The notes under the pieces were generated by a model. It was given only the letters and a program-made list of their open reading frames with translations. It searched no databases and was not told the origin of the DNA. A program made the position numbers and the translations under genes. A stretch of 51,560 bases of DNA from Patescibacteria group bacterium (GTDB lineage Bacteria; Patescibacteriota; Patescibacteriia; Buchananbacterales; UBA6539). The DNA lies in contig JAQTYZ010000004.1 in NCBI GenBank assembly GCA_028688055.1, positions 99,021 through 150,580 on the forward strand, written 5' to 3'. This document shows, piece by piece, positions 48,150 through 51,560 of this stretch (the stretch's first letter is position 1; every line of letters starts with the position of its first letter).

Positions 48150-49205
48150 CTAAAAAATAATTTTCTTATTTAACTTCAGCCTTCGGACGATCCCTTTATT
48201 GGCATCAACCTCTACTAAATCACCATCCTTAAAAATGGTGGTTGCCACTTTAGTGCCGATGATGCAGGGGATATTTAACTCCCGAGAAATAATAGCCGCA
48301 TGACAAGCAATCCCGCCCTCATCGGTTACGATTGCCTTGATACCACGTAACGCTGGTACAAATTTTATCGCCGTCATTGGCGTCACAACGATTTTGTTTC
48401 GTAAATTGCCCAAATCCGACTCCTTTTTAACTACTTTGACGCGCCCGGTTACAACCCCTTTATTAGCAATGCTACCTTTGATAAAATTTGATTCAATATT
48501 TTTACTCTTAAGATTACCCAAGAACCGATTTGCTTTTTTGCCAGTCAGAATCTTCGTTTTTCTTTTTAAAGTTAAAAATAAAACCGTCTTTTTTCTATTC
48601 TTTAAAATATCATTTTTTATTCCCTGACCACTTCTCAAAAACCTAACAATTTCTTCAGGTAAGGCATAAAATAGTAAACTACTTTTTATATTTTTTCTCT
48701 TTTCGATTGTGCTAAAAAATAATGGCAAAAATACTTTTTGTATTTTTTCATAATCAGCTACTCCGCGCGTCTTATTTATTTTAGCTTTTAGCTTATTAGG
48801 TAACTTACTTTCATCCAAGACCATGCCAAAATACTTTGGCAACGTAAATAAAGCAAAATAGTTTTGGTAGACATCAACAAAATTAATAAAAATTCTCACG
48901 AGTTGGTTATCATTGAAATTGTCTAAGGTTTTATAGGAGAGAAACTTTTTCATTTTTTCATTTTGAACGTCTAACCGGTCTAGTATCTTTTCAAACTCTC
49001 CTAATTTTTTGGTTTTCAAATAATTTAAAAATGCTTTATATTCATCTTCTAACCGCCAAGAATTAACCATGCCACACTGACATACCAATAAAAAATTTTC
49101 TAAATTTTTTCCAATATTCTTTTGATAATTTTTAAGATACCCAACCATGATGCAATAGGCGGTAAATAGATCACATTCTCGTTCAGTAAATTTAAGCCAT
49201 TTCAT
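48150..49205 (-). CDS. Protein with a C-terminal PEP-utilising (phosphohistidine swivel) domain
   Basis: GVVTGRVKVV, TDEGGIACHAAIISRELNIPCIIG, VEVDANKG; no recognisable ATP-grasp or PEP-binding barrel. Confidence 0.85.
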   Translation of the reverse strand: MKWLKFTERECDLFTAYCIMVGYLKNYQKNIGKNLENFLLVCQCGMVNSWRLEDEYKAFLNYLKTKKLGEFEKILDRLDVQNEKMKKFLSYKTLDNFNDNQLVRIFINFVDVYQNYFALFTLPKYFGMVLDESKLPNKLKAKINKTRGVADYEKIQKVFLPLFFSTIEKRKNIKSSLLFYALPEEIVRFLRSGQGIKNDILKNRKKTVLFLTLKRKTKILTGKKANRFLGNLKSKNIESNFIKGSIANKGVVTGRVKVVKKESDLGNLRNKIVVTPMTAIKFVPALRGIKAIVTDEGGIACHAAIISRELNIPCIIGTKVATTIFKDGDLVEVDANKGIVRRLKLNKKIIF

Positions 49206-49256
49206 ATATCTTTAGTATACCAAAAAAACTATCCACCGCAGGCCGAAGCCAAAACA

Positions 49257-49332
49257 TCAGCTTGCCGCGTCGCGTCGCTCCTCGCAATGACAAGGATGGA
49301 CAAATTGTCATTACGAGCGAAGCGAAGTAATC
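49257..49332. repeat. REP-like palindromic doublet, copy 1
   Basis: CTCGCAATGAC ... GTCATTACGAG core; 71 of 76 positions identical to 50871-50946. Confidence 0.88.
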
Positions 49333-49459
49333 CCTCAATGACAAAAAAGTAGACGATTCTTTTATTTACTATTCCTAACGTCCACTACAGACCACTGCTT
49401 ACATAAAAATTACCTTACTGAACGCCACTAGAAATTAAATTACAGTGCCTCCAGAATTA

Positions 49460-50125
49460 TTATTTAGCCAACAAATTCTCGATTATTTTTGGCGTAAGAT
49501 TAATCAGAGAATTAAGGTATAAATCGGCCTTTCTTAAATCCTGTGGCGGAGTCGATGGGCTTTGAATTGCGATACACTTACACCCTGCACTTTTTGCTGA
49601 ATCAACACCAGCCTTGGCATCCTCTAAAACAACGCAATTGTCTGGAGCAATTGATAATTTTTTAGCTGTCATTATATATACTTCCGGGTTGGGCTTGCCT
49701 TCTTTAACGTCATCGCCAGAGATTATTACATCAAAATATTTTCGGATCCTGAATTTATCAAGGACAACATCAATATAGGTTTTGGTCCCTGACGAAGCCA
49801 GGGCAATTTTGAATTTATGTTTATTAAAAATTTCAAGTGATTTATGCAACCCCGGCATCGCCTTAAGATCTTTTTTGACCATCGCTAAAAAAATTTCGTT
49901 TCTTTTTTGGTATAAAAATTCTATATCTATTTCTAATTTAAAATATTCAACTACCTCGACAAAGATATCAATAATTCTCCGACCAACAAACTTTGTTCGC
50001 ATTGCTACTGGTAACTCCTCAAAACTATGACCATATTCGTTAAATAATAATTCATTTGCTTTTTCATGTAGAGGATGTGAATCGACCATTAGGTCGTCCA
50101 GATCATAAATAATACCTATATCCAT
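49460..50125 (-). CDS. HAD-family phosphatase (beta-PGM/CbbY-like)
   Basis: YDLDDL.VDS, LASSG, GKPNPEVY, VVLEDA..G. Confidence 0.88.
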   Translation of the reverse strand: MDIGIIYDLDDLMVDSHPLHEKANELLFNEYGHSFEELPVAMRTKFVGRRIIDIFVEVVEYFKLEIDIEFLYQKRNEIFLAMVKKDLKAMPGLHKSLEIFNKHKFKIALASSGTKTYIDVVLDKFRIRKYFDVIISGDDVKEGKPNPEVYIMTAKKLSIAPDNCVVLEDAKAGVDSAKSAGCKCIAIQSPSTPPQDLRKADLYLNSLINLTPKIIENLLAK

Positions 50126-50205
50126 ATAATTAAATTATACCAAAAAATCGCCTATTCAGCGACCTTTATATGAAACACCTTACTGGATGATATTAGAACT
50201 GAGAT

Positions 50206-50805
50206 TTATTCCAATATTGAATTAGAGATAGAATTTCTGCCAAATTTAACCCCAAGTTTAATTGCAATAAGTACTGACAGACTTGCTAAACAAATATATA
50301 TCGGAAAGGCAAGCAAAATAAAATTAACTTTACCTACTGCCAAACACCCCAATAATCCGCCAAGAAAAGTCAGAGCCCAAGAACTTACTGTTTCAGAAGT
50401 AGGTTTTTGATAAGATTTTATCACCGTTAAAACCACACCGGTGGCATCAATAAAAATAACAATAAAAAGTGCAATAGCCGCCTCGCTAGTTAAATACCAC
50501 AACCAAAGCGCAAGAATCGCCCCAATAAAAGCTATGATATCTCGCTTTATTAACCCACCAAAACCATACTTAATAGCAAGGATAAAAATAAATAAATCGC
50601 CAATCGCCTGAGCTCCAGTCATTATTAAAGAGTATGAAGCACCTTCGGCCAATTGTGAAAAAAATGAAATTGATCCAAGTAATGACCAAATCAACCATGA
50701 TACACGCTCTGGTTTTGTGGTACGTTTAAAAATATCTCTTATATAAGGTACGAAAGATAATAAGATTGTTATGCCTGATAAATATCCTGCTATTTGGTAA
50801 ATCAT
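50206..50805 (-). CDS. Small multi-pass membrane protein (PQ-loop-like start)
   Basis: SFVPYIRDI...TKP...SWLIW; about 7 hydrophobic segments. Confidence 0.75.
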   Translation of the reverse strand: MIYQIAGYLSGITILLSFVPYIRDIFKRTTKPERVSWLIWSLLGSISFFSQLAEGASYSLIMTGAQAIGDLFIFILAIKYGFGGLIKRDIIAFIGAILALWLWYLTSEAAIALFIVIFIDATGVVLTVIKSYQKPTSETVSSWALTFLGGLLGCLAVGKVNFILLAFPIYICLASLSVLIAIKLGVKFGRNSISNSILE

Positions 50806-50870
50806 AATATTAATAGTATACCAAAAAACCGCCCCTTTAGGGTGGCTTTCATTTTAAAACCCGACAAATG

Positions 50871-50946
50871 TCAGATTGCCACGTCGCGTCGCTCCTCGCA
50901 ATGACAAGGATGGACAAAATGTCATTGCGAGCGCAGCGAAGTAATC
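50871..50946. repeat. REP-like palindromic doublet, copy 2
   Basis: GATTGC ... CTCGCAATGAC-N15-GTCATTGCGAG ... GTAATC. Confidence 0.9.
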
Positions 50947-51050
50947 TCGCAGTAACCAAAGTAAAAAAAATATTCTATTTTACTGATATATTAAATACTA
51001 AATCTGGATGACCTTAAAGATATAACATAATATACTACTGTAAATAAAGG

Positions 51051-51085
51051 CGGCTCGCGTTCAGGGTTTTACCGAACGCGAGCCG
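51051..51085 (-). terminator. Terminator of the last ORF
   Basis: CGGCTCGCGTTC/GAACGCGAGCCG 12-bp stem. Confidence 0.75.
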
Positions 51086-51091
51086 TTAAAT

Positions 51092-51560
51092 TCAGTCCTC
51101 CAAGATAGCAGCTGGAGCCTTCTCGTTCCAACTGCAATTTCGATATTCCCGTTCGGTGGCGCTAACCTCACGCCCAGCGGGAGAGTTTGTTATTTCCAAA
51201 CCGCTGACATATTCCTGGGTACCCACACTAAAGACCACGCCCCAAAAGTATACCCAACCGTGCCAGCTACTCGGGACAAGGTGTGGGCACTCCAACAGCG
51301 CATCTCGCAGGTTAGGGTGCAAAACCTGACGGTTTTCCAGTCCTCCCAAGACTTCATAACCCCAAATTCTTGCCACCCGCTGATCTTCGCCGAGATATAG
51401 AATTACTTTCCGTCCATTCACCCGCAAAAAACCATCGCGGCCTAGCCGTAACTCAACCCAGCCTTTGGCCTTGCTCCGGCTTTCACCAGCTACCGCCCCT
51501 TGGTTCGGTGAACGCGGCGTAAGATCTAGGTTGACGAGGACTGTACGGCTGTCCACTACA
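51092..51560 (-). CDS. Hypothetical protein, 5' end probably outside the window
   Basis: Frame stays open to the edge; L..N..D.LLE.PHLVP..W..WVYFWG segment; GC-richer. Confidence 0.65.
   Translation of the reverse strand, partial: VVDSRTVLVNLDLTPRSPNQGAVAGESRSKAKGWVELRLGRDGFLRVNGRKVILYLGEDQRVARIWGYEVLGGLENRQVLHPNLRDALLECPHLVPSSWHGWVYFWGVVFSVGTQEYVSGLEITNSPAGREVSATEREYRNCSWNEKAPAAILED

Noticed and set aside
48150-50946. Integron cassette array
   Set aside because: No RYYYAAC/GTTRRRY attC boundaries or integrase seen, and the genes carry their own promoters

Overview
About 51.5 kb of a reduced, AT-rich bacterial chromosome read in genetic code 11 (tsaD and the last ORF end in TGA). A Patescibacteria/CPR origin, probably Parcubacteria-like, is inferred from the housekeeping gene set, type IV pilus ATPases, a DUF5667/ECF pair, a stand-alone PEP-utiliser protein and mostly SD-less genes. 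The backbone is housekeeping: greA end, csp, DEAD helicase, hpf, two HU, typA, tsaDE, ftsH, rpsA, gyrA, rpmF, nusB, rnc, ymdB, rny, clpP, DHH, rbfA, infB, and tRNA-Arg/Lys/Cys. The main unusual elements are: (1) a MarR-led operon with a LUD-domain gene, a half-size BshC-like gene, bshB and bshA, plus a possible second divergent BshC-fold protein 12 kb away; (2) a SAM-I riboswitch with a non-canonical P2 upstream of an unknown 72-aa ORF; (3) a 230-nt rod-shaped RNA, possibly 6S, directly upstream of rny; (4) a duplicated tRNA-Lys 3' end enclosing a GC-rich two-hairpin insert; (5) scattered GC-richer, SD-led single genes (leuB-like, pyrC, TolB-like surface protein) among leaderless native genes; (6) two REP-like palindromic doublets around an AT-rich accessory block. 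No CRISPR array, rRNA, integrase or transposase was seen. All protein calls rest on motif recognition from memory, not database searches.
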